This document shows positions 1 through 10,425 of a stretch of DNA of 64,000 bases, one piece after another. The notes under the pieces were generated by a model. That model had not been told where the DNA came from. It worked only from the letters and a program-made list of their open reading frames with translations, and made no database searches. The stretch comes from an uncultured Planctomycetaceae bacterium (GTDB lineage: Bacteria > Planctomycetota > Planctomycetia > Planctomycetales > Planctomycetaceae). The translations under genes and the position numbers were made by a program. Location of the stretch: positions 704,001 through 768,000 of the forward strand of contig CAWFGE010000013.1 of NCBI GenBank assembly GCA_963815195.1. The letters are read 5' to 3'. Numbering within the stretch: the stretch's first letter is position 1; every line of letters starts with the position of its first letter.

Positions 1-1695
1 TTGGCGGCTGAAGAAACGGCGCATGCAGAGCATCCCAATGTGCTGTTCATTGCGGTGGATGATCTTCGGCCGTCGATCGGTTGTTACGGAGACCCGCACG
101 CGATCACGCCGAATCTCGACCGGTTGGCCAAACGGGGCGTGCGTTTTACGCGGGCTTATTGCCAGGTGGCGGTTTGCAATCCGTCGCGGGCGAGTTTGCT
201 GACCGGGCAACGGCCCGACCAACTTGGCGTCTGGACATTGCCCATCCACTTTCGGGAAGCGCAGCCCGATGCGGTCACGCTGCCGCAATGGTTTCGCAAA
301 TTCGGATACACCGCGATCAGTCATGGAAAGATCTTCCATAACCCCACGCCCGACCCGCAATCCTGGAGCGAACCGATTCGCCCAGGGCCTGCCCTCAAAT
401 CGCCTTACCCGGAAGGGACGGCCGAGCAAATCCGGGCTGTTCAAAAAACGCTGCCCGCCACCGATTGGCGAAAGAACAATCTCCGCGGTCCCAGCTCGGC
501 GGCTCCCGACGTTGATGACAATGAACTTCTCGATGGCGCGCGAACGCAGATGGCGATTGAAGATCTCAGGCGGCTCGGAAAACGAGGCCAACCGTTTTTT
601 CTCGCGATGGGCTATATTCGGCCGCATCTTCCGTGGATTGCCCCCAAAAAATACTGGGACCTCTTCGACCCGGCGAAACTTCCCGTGATCAGCGACGGCC
701 ATGTGACGCCGAACACGCCGGCTTATGCTCTGTCGAACAGTTACGAGCTGACGCATTACGTCGATTTGATCGACTTCCCCAAACCGTGGGATGAGAAACG
801 GATCGATGAGAAACTCGCCCGCCGGTTGATGCACGCTTATTATGCCAGTGCATCCTACGTCGATGCGCTCCTTGGCCAACTTTTGGATGCCCTCGATGAA
901 GAAGGCCTGGCGGAGAACACAATCATCGTGCTGTGGAGCGATCATGGATGGAAACTGGGTGAGTTCCACGGGTGGGGCAAGATGACCAATTACGAAATCG
1001 ACACCCGCGTCCCCTTAATCATCGCCGCTCCCGGTTTGAAGACCAGGGGACAAGCTTCGGACGAATTGGCGGAGCTCGTGGATTTGTTTCCCACGCTCTG
1101 CGATTTGGCGGGCATCGACATTCCGGATTTTGCCCAAGGCTCGAGCTTGCTTCCGAACCTCAAGGATGTGGGCGTGAAGGTCAACGACGCCGCATTTAGT
1201 CAATACTACCGCAACTGGGAAGGCAAAGAATACATGGGTTATGCCATCCGGACGGACTCGCACCGTTTCGTGGAATGGCGGGAATTCGAGACGGGCCGGC
1301 CCACGGCGCGGGAGCTTTACGATCATCGCGAAAATCACGCGGAGACGAAAAACATCGCCGAGTCGGCACCGTCCGAACTCTTGGACCGGCTGACGGCTCA
1401 ACTTTTGAAATCGCACCCCCGCCGAGAATTGCGGATGACGCCCGCGGTGCATTCCAACCCAAACCCCGGCCGCTGGCCGGCGGACATTTCCTTCGCGAAC
1501 AAGACGCAGACCGTGGCGCTGATTTATCCGATAACGCCCCAAGGCCGACGCGGGCGGGAGTTCGAGCTCCAGCCGGGCAAAAAGATCACCATCAAAGCCC
1601 GCATCGGCGGCGTGTTCGTCGTGGAAAGCCGGGACGGAACAATTCACCAAATCCACTCGCCCTCTTTCCCCCCACGCACCGTTGTTCTTGAATAA
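1..1695 (+). CDS. Sulfatase (iduronate-2-sulfatase/choline-sulfatase-like), 5' end cut off by the window; C-terminal VHL-beta-like appendage
   Basis: PNVLFIAVDDLR start, Cys-type signature CNPSRASLLTG, GKIFH, SDHG and ELYDH motifs. Confidence 0.92.
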   Translation: MAAEETAHAEHPNVLFIAVDDLRPSIGCYGDPHAITPNLDRLAKRGVRFTRAYCQVAVCNPSRASLLTGQRPDQLGVWTLPIHFREAQPDAVTLPQWFRKFGYTAISHGKIFHNPTPDPQSWSEPIRPGPALKSPYPEGTAEQIRAVQKTLPATDWRKNNLRGPSSAAPDVDDNELLDGARTQMAIEDLRRLGKRGQPFFLAMGYIRPHLPWIAPKKYWDLFDPAKLPVISDGHVTPNTPAYALSNSYELTHYVDLIDFPKPWDEKRIDEKLARRLMHAYYASASYVDALLGQLLDALDEEGLAENTIIVLWSDHGWKLGEFHGWGKMTNYEIDTRVPLIIAAPGLKTRGQASDELAELVDLFPTLCDLAGIDIPDFAQGSSLLPNLKDVGVKVNDAAFSQYYRNWEGKEYMGYAIRTDSHRFVEWREFETGRPTARELYDHRENHAETKNIAESAPSELLDRLTAQLLKSHPRRELRMTPAVHSNPNPGRWPADISFANKTQTVALIYPITPQGRRGREFELQPGKKITIKARIGGVFVVESRDGTIHQIHSPSFPPRTVVLE

Positions 1696-1909
1696 AAAAC
1701 CAGCGGCCGCGTTTGATCCTGATCCGTGGAAGCGATTGTCGAGTTGGCAAATGCAGCCGCCGTCTGGCACATTGAGCAAAGCTTCGCGGGCGAGGCGCGG
1801 TAAGAGGATTGAGTTTCGCGTGATGGGATTCAGGGTGAGCGGGAAATCAGGGTTTCGCGTGTTTTTTTGTGTCTCGAAAATGGCTTAATATATCGTTTTT
1901 TGGTGCTTC

Positions 1910-1929
1910 GCGGTAGTACGTACTACCGC
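1910..1929. promoter_or_regulatory. Perfect 20-bp palindrome, possible operator
   Basis: GCGGTAGTACGTACTACCGC is its own reverse complement and lies in an intergenic region. Confidence 0.4.
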
Positions 1930-2366
1930 CGATTCTCGGGGGGATTGCCGAGGCTCCGCACGCTGGCGGAAATCACCCACCACGACATCCACACCGCGGC
2001 GTCTATCGGTCGCCATCGATGGGGAAGCACAACCACGACTGGCGGCCGACGACGAAATCCGCACCGCGGCGTCTCTGGTACGGTACTACCACAACACCAA
2101 CCCCACTGTGGAAGAGGCAAACCTACTGAGGCACCCAAACGAAGGAAGGATCACAAAAAGAGCAAAGAGGACGCGGAACCTCAGAAATGGGGCAGCGCGG
2201 TCCGCTGCCTTCGGAACTAGACAATGAGATCACTGTCGGTCTGGCAGAATGAAAGAGGAATCCCGCGAAGCCCACAGCGATTTTCGGAGTGGGCGATGCA
2301 CACACTCGGTGTGGTCTTCATGCCAGCCGATTGAATCCACACAGCTTTTTCCGGTATCCTCAGGGC

Positions 2367-4628
2367 ATGAAGACACACATGCGCTGGGTCGTTTTTTGGC
2401 TTTTTTGCTTCGCGCTGCCAAATCCCGGAGCGGGAGAGGATGCCAGACCCATCCATTTTGAAAAGCAAATTCGCCCGATTCTCACATCGCGTTGTGGTAA
2501 GTGCCACGGTCCGGAAAACCAAAACAGCGACTTGCGGTTGGACGCCAGACACACGGCCCTCAAAGGTGGCGTGAGCGGGAAGGTGATCGTTCCCGGGAAA
2601 AGCTCGGCCAGCGAACTGATCCGACGCATTGAAAACCCGGACGAAGCCGAGCGAATGCCGCCGGAGGGCAAACCGTTATCCAAGGCAGAGATCGGCTTGC
2701 TCAAACGCTGGATCGATGCCGGTGCCCACTGGCCCGAAACAGAGTATGATCGCCAGGCCAGGAGAGATTCTCGACGTGAGCATTGGGCGTTTCAACCGAT
2801 TCAAAAGATTCCGCCCCCAACGGCGTCAGATTCCACCCGTAACCCAGTCGATCAGTTCATTTTCCGAAAACTCAAGGAAAATGGATTGAACTTTTCTCAA
2901 AAGGCTGATCGTCCCACGCTGATTCGTCGGCTCTCGTTGGATTTGCTCGGCTTGCCGCCAACGCCCGAAGAGGTCGAAGATTTTGTAAGCAATACCGCTC
3001 CCGATGCCTATGCCGCGCTCGTGAATCGGATGCTGGCCAGTCCGCGTTACGGCGAGCGCTTTGCACAGCATTGGCTGGATGTGGTGCGCTATGCGGACAC
3101 GCACGGCTTTGAAGTCAATACGCCCCGCGAACATGCCTGGCCCTACCGCGACTACGTCATCCGCTCGTTCAATGAAGACAAACCCTACCGCCAATTCGTG
3201 GTGGAACAACTCGCCGGCGACGCATTTTCCGCAGGTGAGGCAACAGGGTTTCTGGTAGCTGCCGCCGTATTGTTGCCGGGACAGATCGGCAAAGATGAAG
3301 AATCCAAACGACAGGCCCGACAGGACGCATTGGACGAGATCATCGTCGGGACGAGCGCCACGTTTTTGGGACTGACTCTCGGCTGCGCTCGCTGCCATGA
3401 CCACAAGTTCGATCCGATTCCGCAAAGAGATTATTATGCGATGCAGGCGTTTTTCGCCGGTGTCGAGTACGGAGATCGCCCGCTGCGAAACGAAGCCTAC
3501 CGAAAGCGCGTGGCCCGAGCGGAAACATTGGTCCCCCGGATTCAGGAACTGGAATCCCGCTTGCAAAAGTGGGAGCCGATGACGCCCAGCCAGGTAAAGG
3601 CGATCGTCGAAGAGCACGATCGCCTTACGGCACGGCGGGCCGAACTGGTAAAACCGCGGCTGGTGTATGGGGGGGAGTTTCGTGCACCGGATCCGACCTA
3701 TCTGCTTCGTCGTGGCGACCCGGAACAGCGCGTCGAACCGGTCGGGCCGGCTATTCCCCAAGTGTTGGGCGAGTTGAATATTTCTGCCAACGACAGCGAA
3801 CAAGACCGCCGGGTCAAGCTGGCCCGGTGGATGGCTTCGCCGGAGAATCCGTTGACGGCCCGCGTCATGGTGAATCGGATTTGGCAATCCCACTTCGGCC
3901 GGGGCCTCGTGGCGACGCCCAGCGATTTCGGCACCAACGGCATCCGGCCCACCCATCCGGAACTGTTGGATTGGCTCGCCGCGGACTTTATTGAAAGGGG
4001 TTGGTCGATCAAACATCTGCATCGCTTGATCGTCCATTCCCGAACCTATCAACAGCAAAGTGCCCGGCCTAAATCGGCACAGGCGCGCGACGACCGTTGG
4101 CTCTGGCGATTCCCGTCGCGGCGATTGGAAGCCGAGGCCATCCGCGACAGCATGCTCCTCGTCAGCGGCGAGTTGAACGACCAGATGGGCGGTCCCGGCT
4201 TCAACTTCTTCAAAAGCCGAGGCGGTTTGAGCGGCTTTCCCCCCGTGGAGGACTTCGGTCCGAATGAACTTCGCCGGATGATCTATGCCCACAAGGTGCG
4301 GATGGAGACGGTTCCGATCTTTGGCACCTTCGATTGCCCCGACGCCGGACAAGCCATGCCCAAACGCAGGCAATCGACGACAGCCATCCAGGCGCTGAAT
4401 CTGTTCAACAGCCAGTTCGTGATCGACCGGGCCCGCCAATTCGCATCGCGAATCCAAGCGGAAAGCGAAGGCGTTGAGGCACAGGTCAAGACGGCATTTC
4501 GATTGGCTTTGGGGCGGGATCCCGAGAAAACGGAGTTTGTCGCGGCGATCGCCACGACGAAACAACACGGCTTGGAGACGCTGTGCCGGGTTCTGTTTAA
4601 CACCAACGAGTTTCTGTTTCTGCCGTGA
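2367..4628 (+). CDS. Planctomycete cytochrome c + DUF1549 (PSCyt2) + DUF1553 (PSD1) protein
   Basis: Signal peptide from ATG 2367; CGKCH and CARCHDHKFDP heme motifs; RRLSLDLLGLPPT, NPLTARVMVNRIW, PTHPELLDWLA, RRLEAEAIRD and NTNEFLF. Confidence 0.93.
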   Translation: MKTHMRWVVFWLFCFALPNPGAGEDARPIHFEKQIRPILTSRCGKCHGPENQNSDLRLDARHTALKGGVSGKVIVPGKSSASELIRRIENPDEAERMPPEGKPLSKAEIGLLKRWIDAGAHWPETEYDRQARRDSRREHWAFQPIQKIPPPTASDSTRNPVDQFIFRKLKENGLNFSQKADRPTLIRRLSLDLLGLPPTPEEVEDFVSNTAPDAYAALVNRMLASPRYGERFAQHWLDVVRYADTHGFEVNTPREHAWPYRDYVIRSFNEDKPYRQFVVEQLAGDAFSAGEATGFLVAAAVLLPGQIGKDEESKRQARQDALDEIIVGTSATFLGLTLGCARCHDHKFDPIPQRDYYAMQAFFAGVEYGDRPLRNEAYRKRVARAETLVPRIQELESRLQKWEPMTPSQVKAIVEEHDRLTARRAELVKPRLVYGGEFRAPDPTYLLRRGDPEQRVEPVGPAIPQVLGELNISANDSEQDRRVKLARWMASPENPLTARVMVNRIWQSHFGRGLVATPSDFGTNGIRPTHPELLDWLAADFIERGWSIKHLHRLIVHSRTYQQQSARPKSAQARDDRWLWRFPSRRLEAEAIRDSMLLVSGELNDQMGGPGFNFFKSRGGLSGFPPVEDFGPNELRRMIYAHKVRMETVPIFGTFDCPDAGQAMPKRRQSTTAIQALNLFNSQFVIDRARQFASRIQAESEGVEAQVKTAFRLALGRDPEKTEFVAAIATTKQHGLETLCRVLFNTNEFLFLP

Positions 4629-4637
4629 GATGCGCCG

Positions 4638-6152
4638 ATGACTCCTCATTCTCAATTCGGACCGCAACCGGCCAAGCCGCTGGATGACGTTCTCAGCCAT
4701 CCGGGACGCGGCTATTTGAAGAGACGCGATTTTCTCGCGAACACGGGCACGGCCCTCGGAGCGATCGCTTTGACGCAGTTGCTGGCCGAGGATCGACTGT
4801 TGGCCCGCGAGAAATCCGTGACCCCGGAGATTGATCCCGCCAATCCCCATGCCGCCCGGCGGCCGCATTATCGGGCGAAGGCCAAGAATGTTGTCGTCAT
4901 TTTCTGCGCCGGGGCGTGCAGCCAGTTGGAGACCTGGGACTATAAACCGGAACTCATCAAGCGAGACGGCCAACCGATGCCCGGCGGGCCTGCGGTGACG
5001 TTTCAAGGCCCTGCCGGCAATCTCGCCCGGCCGCAGTATGCTTTTCGGCCACGCGGCGAAAGCGGCAAAATGGTTTCGGATATGATTCCGCACCTCGGAG
5101 AATTGGTCGACGATTTCGCCTTCGTCCACAGTCTGACCAGCAAATCGAACACGCACGGGCCCGCCGAGAATTTTCTTTCCACCGGATTTGTGCAGGATGG
5201 GTTTCCCAGCATCGGCGCCTGGGCGACTTACGCGTTGGGCTCGGAGTGCCGCGATCTGCCGGCGTTCGTGGCCATTCCCGATCCCCGCGGTGTGCCCCAG
5301 GCAAGCGTCAATAACTGGGGCCCGGGATTTTTGCCGGCCGTCTTTCAGGGGACGCCTTGGAGCACGACGCAGCCAATCCAAAACCTGCTGCCGCCCAAAG
5401 GTCTCGGCTGGGAGAAAGACGGCGGTGCCCGTGAATTGCTGCAACTATTGAATCGGGAGCATCTCAAGCGAAATCCCGGCGATACGAACCTCGCGGCCCG
5501 GATTGCGAGTTATGAACTCGCGGCCCGCATGCAACTGTCGGTGCCCGAGGTCAGCGATTTGTCCTCCGAACCTGCGCATCTTCTGAAAATGTACGGGGCG
5601 GACGATCCGAAAGACAAAATTAAGGCGGGCTTCGCCAGGAACTGCATACTTGCGAGACGGCTGATCGAAAAGGGCGTTCGGTTCGTGCAGCTATTTAACG
5701 GGGCCTATGCCAGCGGCGGGGCGCTCAACTGGGACGGCCATCAAAAACTTCGCGAGCAATACGATGTGCATGGCCGGGTGATGGACCAGCCCGCGGCCGC
5801 ATTGATACGCGACCTCCGCCAACGCGGATTGTTGGAAGACACGCTTGTGGTGTGGTGCACGGAGTTCGGGCGGATGCCGATGTTCCAAAAAGGCGCGAAT
5901 GGGCGGGACCATAACCCCAACGGATTCACGGCCGTGCTCGCAGGAGCGGGAATCAAACCGGGCGTGAGCTATGGCATAACGGATGAACTCGGCTTCAAAG
6001 CCGTTGAGAACGTGCTCTCGGTGCACGACCTCAACGCAACCATCTTGCACTTACTCGGGCTGGATCACAAGCGGCTCACCTTCCTGCACAACGGCATCAA
6101 TCGCCGCCTGACCGATGTGCACGGCCACATCATTTCGGAAATCGTGGCGTAG
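4638..6152 (+). CDS. DUF1501 domain protein (Tat-exported, sulfatase-like fold)
   Basis: RRDFL Tat motif, [51 protein letters not shown]; sits directly after the PSD1 gene as is typical. Confidence 0.93.
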   Translation: MTPHSQFGPQPAKPLDDVLSHPGRGYLKRRDFLANTGTALGAIALTQLLAEDRLLAREKSVTPEIDPANPHAARRPHYRAKAKNVVVIFCAGACSQLETWDYKPELIKRDGQPMPGGPAVTFQGPAGNLARPQYAFRPRGESGKMVSDMIPHLGELVDDFAFVHSLTSKSNTHGPAENFLSTGFVQDGFPSIGAWATYALGSECRDLPAFVAIPDPRGVPQASVNNWGPGFLPAVFQGTPWSTTQPIQNLLPPKGLGWEKDGGARELLQLLNREHLKRNPGDTNLAARIASYELAARMQLSVPEVSDLSSEPAHLLKMYGADDPKDKIKAGFARNCILARRLIEKGVRFVQLFNGAYASGGALNWDGHQKLREQYDVHGRVMDQPAAALIRDLRQRGLLEDTLVVWCTEFGRMPMFQKGANGRDHNPNGFTAVLAGAGIKPGVSYGITDELGFKAVENVLSVHDLNATILHLLGLDHKRLTFLHNGINRRLTDVHGHIISEIVA

Positions 6153-6202
6153 TAACGCGAGAATTGCGAGATTAAGAATCACTCACTTGCAGGCAAATGA
6201 CA

Positions 6203-6874
6203 ATGTGCGGCCGCTACACTCTACGTTCAAATCCAAGTCAGATTGCTTCGACTTTCGGTTTGGATTCCGTTCCCGAGTTGCCGTCCCGGTACAATATTGC
6301 TCCCACTCAGGATGTGGCGGCGGTGAGATTGAGCCACGAATCCGACGGCCGAGAATGGGTCCTGCTCCATTGGGGCCTGATCCCTTCCTGGGCGAAAGAG
6401 GCCAAAATCGGCCATCGGATGATTAACGCACGCGCCGAAACCATCGCCGAGAAGCCCTCGTTCCGCAGTGCCTTCACCAAGCGCCGCTGTTTGATTGTCG
6501 CCGATGGATTCTACGAATGGCAGAAAGTGGATGGCAATAAACAGCCGTACTTCATCCATCGGGCGGACGACGAGCCGTTCGCCTTCGCGGGCTTGTGGGA
6601 ACACTGGAACGCCAAAGGAGAGGAAATCCAATCCTGCACGATCATCACTACGGCGGCAAACGCCTTGATGGAGCCGATTCACGACCGCATGCCCGTGATC
6701 CTCGGCAACAAGGATTGGCCGACCTGGTTGGACGTGGAGTTCAAGGATAAGGATTTGTTGAAAGGCTTATTGAAGCCGTGCGATCCTGACGTGTTGGACG
6801 CCTACCCGATCAGCACGCTCGTCAATAACCCTGGAAACGATGTCGCAAAGTGCATTGAGCGAATCGAACAGTGA
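6203..6874 (+). CDS. yedK: SOS response-associated peptidase (SRAP/YedK/HMCES family), abasic-site processing protein
   Basis: N-terminal MCGRY (catalytic Cys2), RYNIAPTQ, WGLIPSW, INARAET, RCLIVADGFYEW, IHDRMPVIL. Confidence 0.95.
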   Translation: MCGRYTLRSNPSQIASTFGLDSVPELPSRYNIAPTQDVAAVRLSHESDGREWVLLHWGLIPSWAKEAKIGHRMINARAETIAEKPSFRSAFTKRRCLIVADGFYEWQKVDGNKQPYFIHRADDEPFAFAGLWEHWNAKGEEIQSCTIITTAANALMEPIHDRMPVILGNKDWPTWLDVEFKDKDLLKGLLKPCDPDVLDAYPISTLVNNPGNDVAKCIERIEQ

Positions 6875-7420
6875 ACGACCCCCCTTGAATTTGTCGCCCA
6901 GGAATGGAGCGAGCGGGCAAACGAACTAGCCACATCGGGTCATGCGTCACATGGTGAACCGCACGGACGTGTGGGGCCGGTATGTCCGCAAACGCGGTGT
7001 GGAAGGCCACCAAGCATTGACGGCCCCGTTTAAGGACGAACGCGGAAAAACTTTTTTCGATGAGACCTGCAGAAACATTTCAAGGTTCGATCCGGCAACG
7101 GTGTTCTCGACCTCCATTCGGCATCGGCAGACCAGTCGTCTCGCTGGATGGCATTCGACATTGATCGGCATGATCCCGATGATCTTTCCATTACGCCGTT
7201 GGACACCTTCGGTGCGGCTCGCCAAATCTATGATCGATTAAGATTACTGGGCCTCGACCCGCTGCTGATGGACTCCAGCGGCGTCGGCGGATTACACGTG
7301 CTGGCGATCTTTATGGGGATTGGCTTCAATTGTTCGGTCGGCATCATACGCGGGACCACTCCACCCGCGTCTGGAATGATGAACCCGACATGGAGGATAC
7401 CTGGCGGCGACGCCGCCGCC
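6871..7420 (+). pseudogene. Decayed archaeo-eukaryotic primase (AEP, TOTE-primase-like) gene
   Basis: Stitching frames gives VNDPLEFVAQEWSERANELA..VMRHMVNRTDVWGRY...DLQKHF...WMAFDIDRH (motif I DxD)...MDSSGVGGLHVLAIF (motif II SxxGxH)...YGDWLQLFGRHHTR; at least four frame breaks plus an apparent internal deletion. Confidence 0.65.
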
Positions 7421-7859
7421 TCGTCCGCCCGATCTCAGCGGTCAAGTTCTCAACCTCGACGAACGTCCCCAACTTGGCCAGCCGATTTTTTCCTGAACCG
7501 CCAACCGCCGAGCAAACACAAACACTTCCTGCTTGAGTCGGTCATCCGTGATCCAATCTCCCTAAAATCCCCAACTTCAGAAAATCCCAACGATTTCCCA
7601 CGAGCGCACATTGTGCACATTTCACGCCAACTGCAAAGTGAGGAATGCAGTCGTGATATGGTTTTGGGGACTTTGAGACTTTTCGCGACGTGCGTTTTTC
7701 GCTAGACTTCCCCATACCCTCACCTTTCTGGCGAAACGATTAAGGTGATTTTCGCCTCTCGTGGCCCTTATTCACGAGGGGCAATTTTGGTCCCGGTCGT
7801 GCAAACAATTCCAACCGTCAGCCGGGAAAATGAAGCAAAGCCTGGAAAATCAGATATTC

Positions 7860-7948
7860 GGAGAGATGCCAGAGCGGCCGAATGGGCCGGATTGCTAATC
7901 CGGTGTACGGGGAAACCCGTACCGCGGGTTCGAATCCCGCTCTCTCCG
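7860..7948 (+). tRNA. tRNA-Ser(GCT)
   Basis: Acceptor stem GGAGAGA/TCTCTCC, anticodon arm CCGGA-TTGCTAA-TCCGG, long variable arm, GGTTCGAATCC T-arm; CCA not encoded. Confidence 0.97.
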
Positions 7949-7951
7949 CGT

Positions 7952-7988
7952 ATGCCCCTTGTGCCTCATGTCGCAAGTGGGCATTTTT
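7952..7988 (+). terminator. Putative intrinsic terminator after tRNA-Ser
   Basis: Imperfect stem ATGCCCCTTG...CAAGTGGGCAT followed by TTTT. Confidence 0.55.
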
Positions 7989-8072
7989 CGTGGGGTTATG
8001 GCGAGCGGCGACGGCTTAGATAAAAACTCAAACGGAACCAAATCTCAATTCCTGTGGAGGCATGTCGCGGTG

Positions 8073-10248
8073 ATGAATTTGCGGTCGATCATTTCTTCGT
8101 CGATTTGTGGGTTGATGCTGTGGGCCGGCTGGATCCCGGCGGCTTGGGGGCAGGCGGAAGAATCCTGCGCCAGAGACCAGCCTCCCCGCGAAGGAGCGAT
8201 TTCATTTGTTTTTGCTCGTCGGGCAATCCAACATGGCCGGGCGGGGGAAGGTTTCGGAAGAGGACCAAAAGCCCCGCGAGCGGGTGTTGATGCTGAGCAA
8301 AGAGGCAAAGTGGGTTCCCGCCGTCGATCCGTTGCATTTTGACAAGCCCGGCATCGCGGGCGTCGGTTTGGGGCGGAGCTTTGGCCTCGAAATCGCCAAG
8401 GCGCACCCGGACATCACCGTCGGGCTCATTCCCTGCGCGGTGGGCGGGTCGCCGATCTCCAGTTGGGAGCCGGGCCAGTTTTACAAGCCCACGAACAGCC
8501 ATCCGTACGACGATGCCCTCCGCCGGCGCGGGCGGCGTTAAAAGCCGGGACGCTCAAGGGCATCCTCTGGCACCAGGGCGAATCCGATTCCAACCCCAAA
8601 CTGGCCCCGGAGTATGAAGCGAAACTCCACGCGCTCGTCGCCCGCTTCCGCAAGGAACTGGATGCTCCCGACGTGCCGTTCATCCTGGGTCAGATGGGTC
8701 AGTTTGAAGATGTGCCCTGGAGCGATGCCAAGAAGCAAGTCGATGCCGTCCACCGCGAATTGCCCAAGCACGTCCGGAACTCGGCTTTCGTTTCAGCCGA
8801 AGGCCTCTCGCATAAGGGGGATAAAGTCCACTTCAATGCCGAATCCTATCGCGAATTCGGCCGGCGGTTTGCGAAAGCCTATCTGGATCTCGAAAAAGAA
8901 TTGCAACCCGAATCGCAGGTAACCGGCATCGGATCCCGGCGGGAGTTATTTGTCGATCACGCGTTGATCGAACGCATCGAAGGCGCTGCGAAACTCGAAG
9001 TTCAAGAGCCGGCGCCAGAGGAAGTCGTCCTGGTCACAGACCAGCCCTGGGAAGGCAACACGTGCGCGTATTACACGATCTTCCAGGACGGCGATCTCTA
9101 CCGCATGTATTACCGCGGCTCGCATTGGGACGAGAAAACCAAAAAAGCCACTCACCCTGAAGTCACGTGTTATGCCGAGAGCAAAGACGGCATCCATTGG
9201 ACCAAGCCGAATTTGGGGCTCGTGGAATGGGACGGCTCGAAGGCGAACAACATCCTTCTCGACGGCTTGGGCACGCATTGCTTCGTCGCGTTCAAGGATG
9301 AGAACCCGGCCGCGCCCCCCGCAGCCCGCTACAAGGGAATCTCCCGCGGCCGGCCGGTGGGGAAGGCGGGCCTGTATGTGTTCCAGTCGCCGGACGCGAT
9401 TCATTGGTCGCTGATCAAAGACGAGCCGGTGATTACCGAAGGGGCGTTCGATTCGCAGAACCTTGCGTTTTGGGATCCGCTCACGAAAGAATATGTCGAT
9501 TATCACCGCATCTTTGTGGACGGTGTGAGATCGATTATGACTTCGACCTCGAAAGATTTCGTCAACTGGACGAAGCCGGTGCTGCTCAAATATCCGAACG
9601 CCCCCAAGCAGCATCTTTACACGAACGCGGTCCGGCCGTATCCGCGCGCCCCGCATATTCGGATCGGTTTTCCCACGAGGTATTTGCCCCAAGGCAGCCG
9701 GGTGGAGCCGGTGTTCATGGCGAGCCGGGACGGGGTAACGTTTGAGCGATACCAGAAGCCCGTGATCCCGCACCGCCCCCAAGGACCGCGACGGCAACCG
9801 CAGCAACTACATGGCCAACGGACTCATCAAGCTGCCGGGGAACGACCGCGAGTATTCGGTCTTCGGCACCGAAGCCTATTACACCGGCCCGAACAGCCGG
9901 CTTAGGCGGTTCACGTACCGCATGGATGGTTTTGTGGCCTTGGAAGCCTCGCCCCAAGGCGGGGAACTGATCACGAAGCCGATCACGTTCGCGGGCGAAA
10001 ACCTGTTCGTGAACTTCAGAACAAAAGCCGGCGGCGAACTGCGCGTGGAGATTCAGGATCCGTCAGGCCAACCGCTCGAAGGATTCTCACTCGCCGATTG
10101 TCAGCCGCTCTCGGGCGATGAGATCGAACAACCCGTCGCCTGGAACAGCAATGGTGGTCTAAAAAAGCTCGCCGGCCGCCCCATCCGCCTGCGGTTCGTC
10201 CTGAAAGCCGGCGATCTGTATGCCTATCAGTTCCGTCCCGGGCGATAA
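8073..10248 (+). CDS. Secreted sialate O-acetylesterase (SASA/CE6-like) fused to a beta-propeller glycosidase-like domain; three frameshifts (~8160, ~8525, ~9775)
   Basis: Signal peptide MNLRSII...AWG; GQSNMAGRG, ILWHQGESD and DKVHF SGNH-type motifs; then RRELFVD, YAESKDGIHWTKP, SPDAIHW and FDSQN propeller repeats; C-terminal RMDGFVAL...DLYAYQF. Confidence 0.8.
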
Positions 10249-10254
10249 GTCGAC

Positions 10255-10325
10255 AAGAGCCGCGCACGAAGTAAGCGGTCTCAAACGTTCAAATCCCGAG
10301 ACCGCTTACTTCGTGCGCGGCTCTT
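10255..10325. repeat. REP-like inverted doublet, family A (AGAGCCGCGCACGAAGTAAGCGG)
   Basis: AAGAGCCGCGCACGAAGTAAGCGGTCTC...GAGACCGCTTACTTCGTGCGCGGCTCTT; the same arm recurs at 16594, 25704 and 41168. Confidence 0.9.
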
Positions 10326-10425
10326 ATGTTTTTGCCACGACGGCGTTTGACATTCTCAGTGCTTCGGAAATCTCCTATCCTCAAGAGAACCAAATTGAAG
10401 TGCATCGAAAACCAACGAGGACGAG

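Noticed and set aside
1867..2220. 117-aa ORF or IS701-like transposase tail
   Set aside because: The start is weak and there is no convincing motif; the resemblance to a transposase C-terminus is too faint to call.
7148..7705. 185-aa ORF as an intact gene
   Set aside because: Only the first ~55 codons match the AEP-like pattern; the rest is out-of-frame read-through past the deletion.
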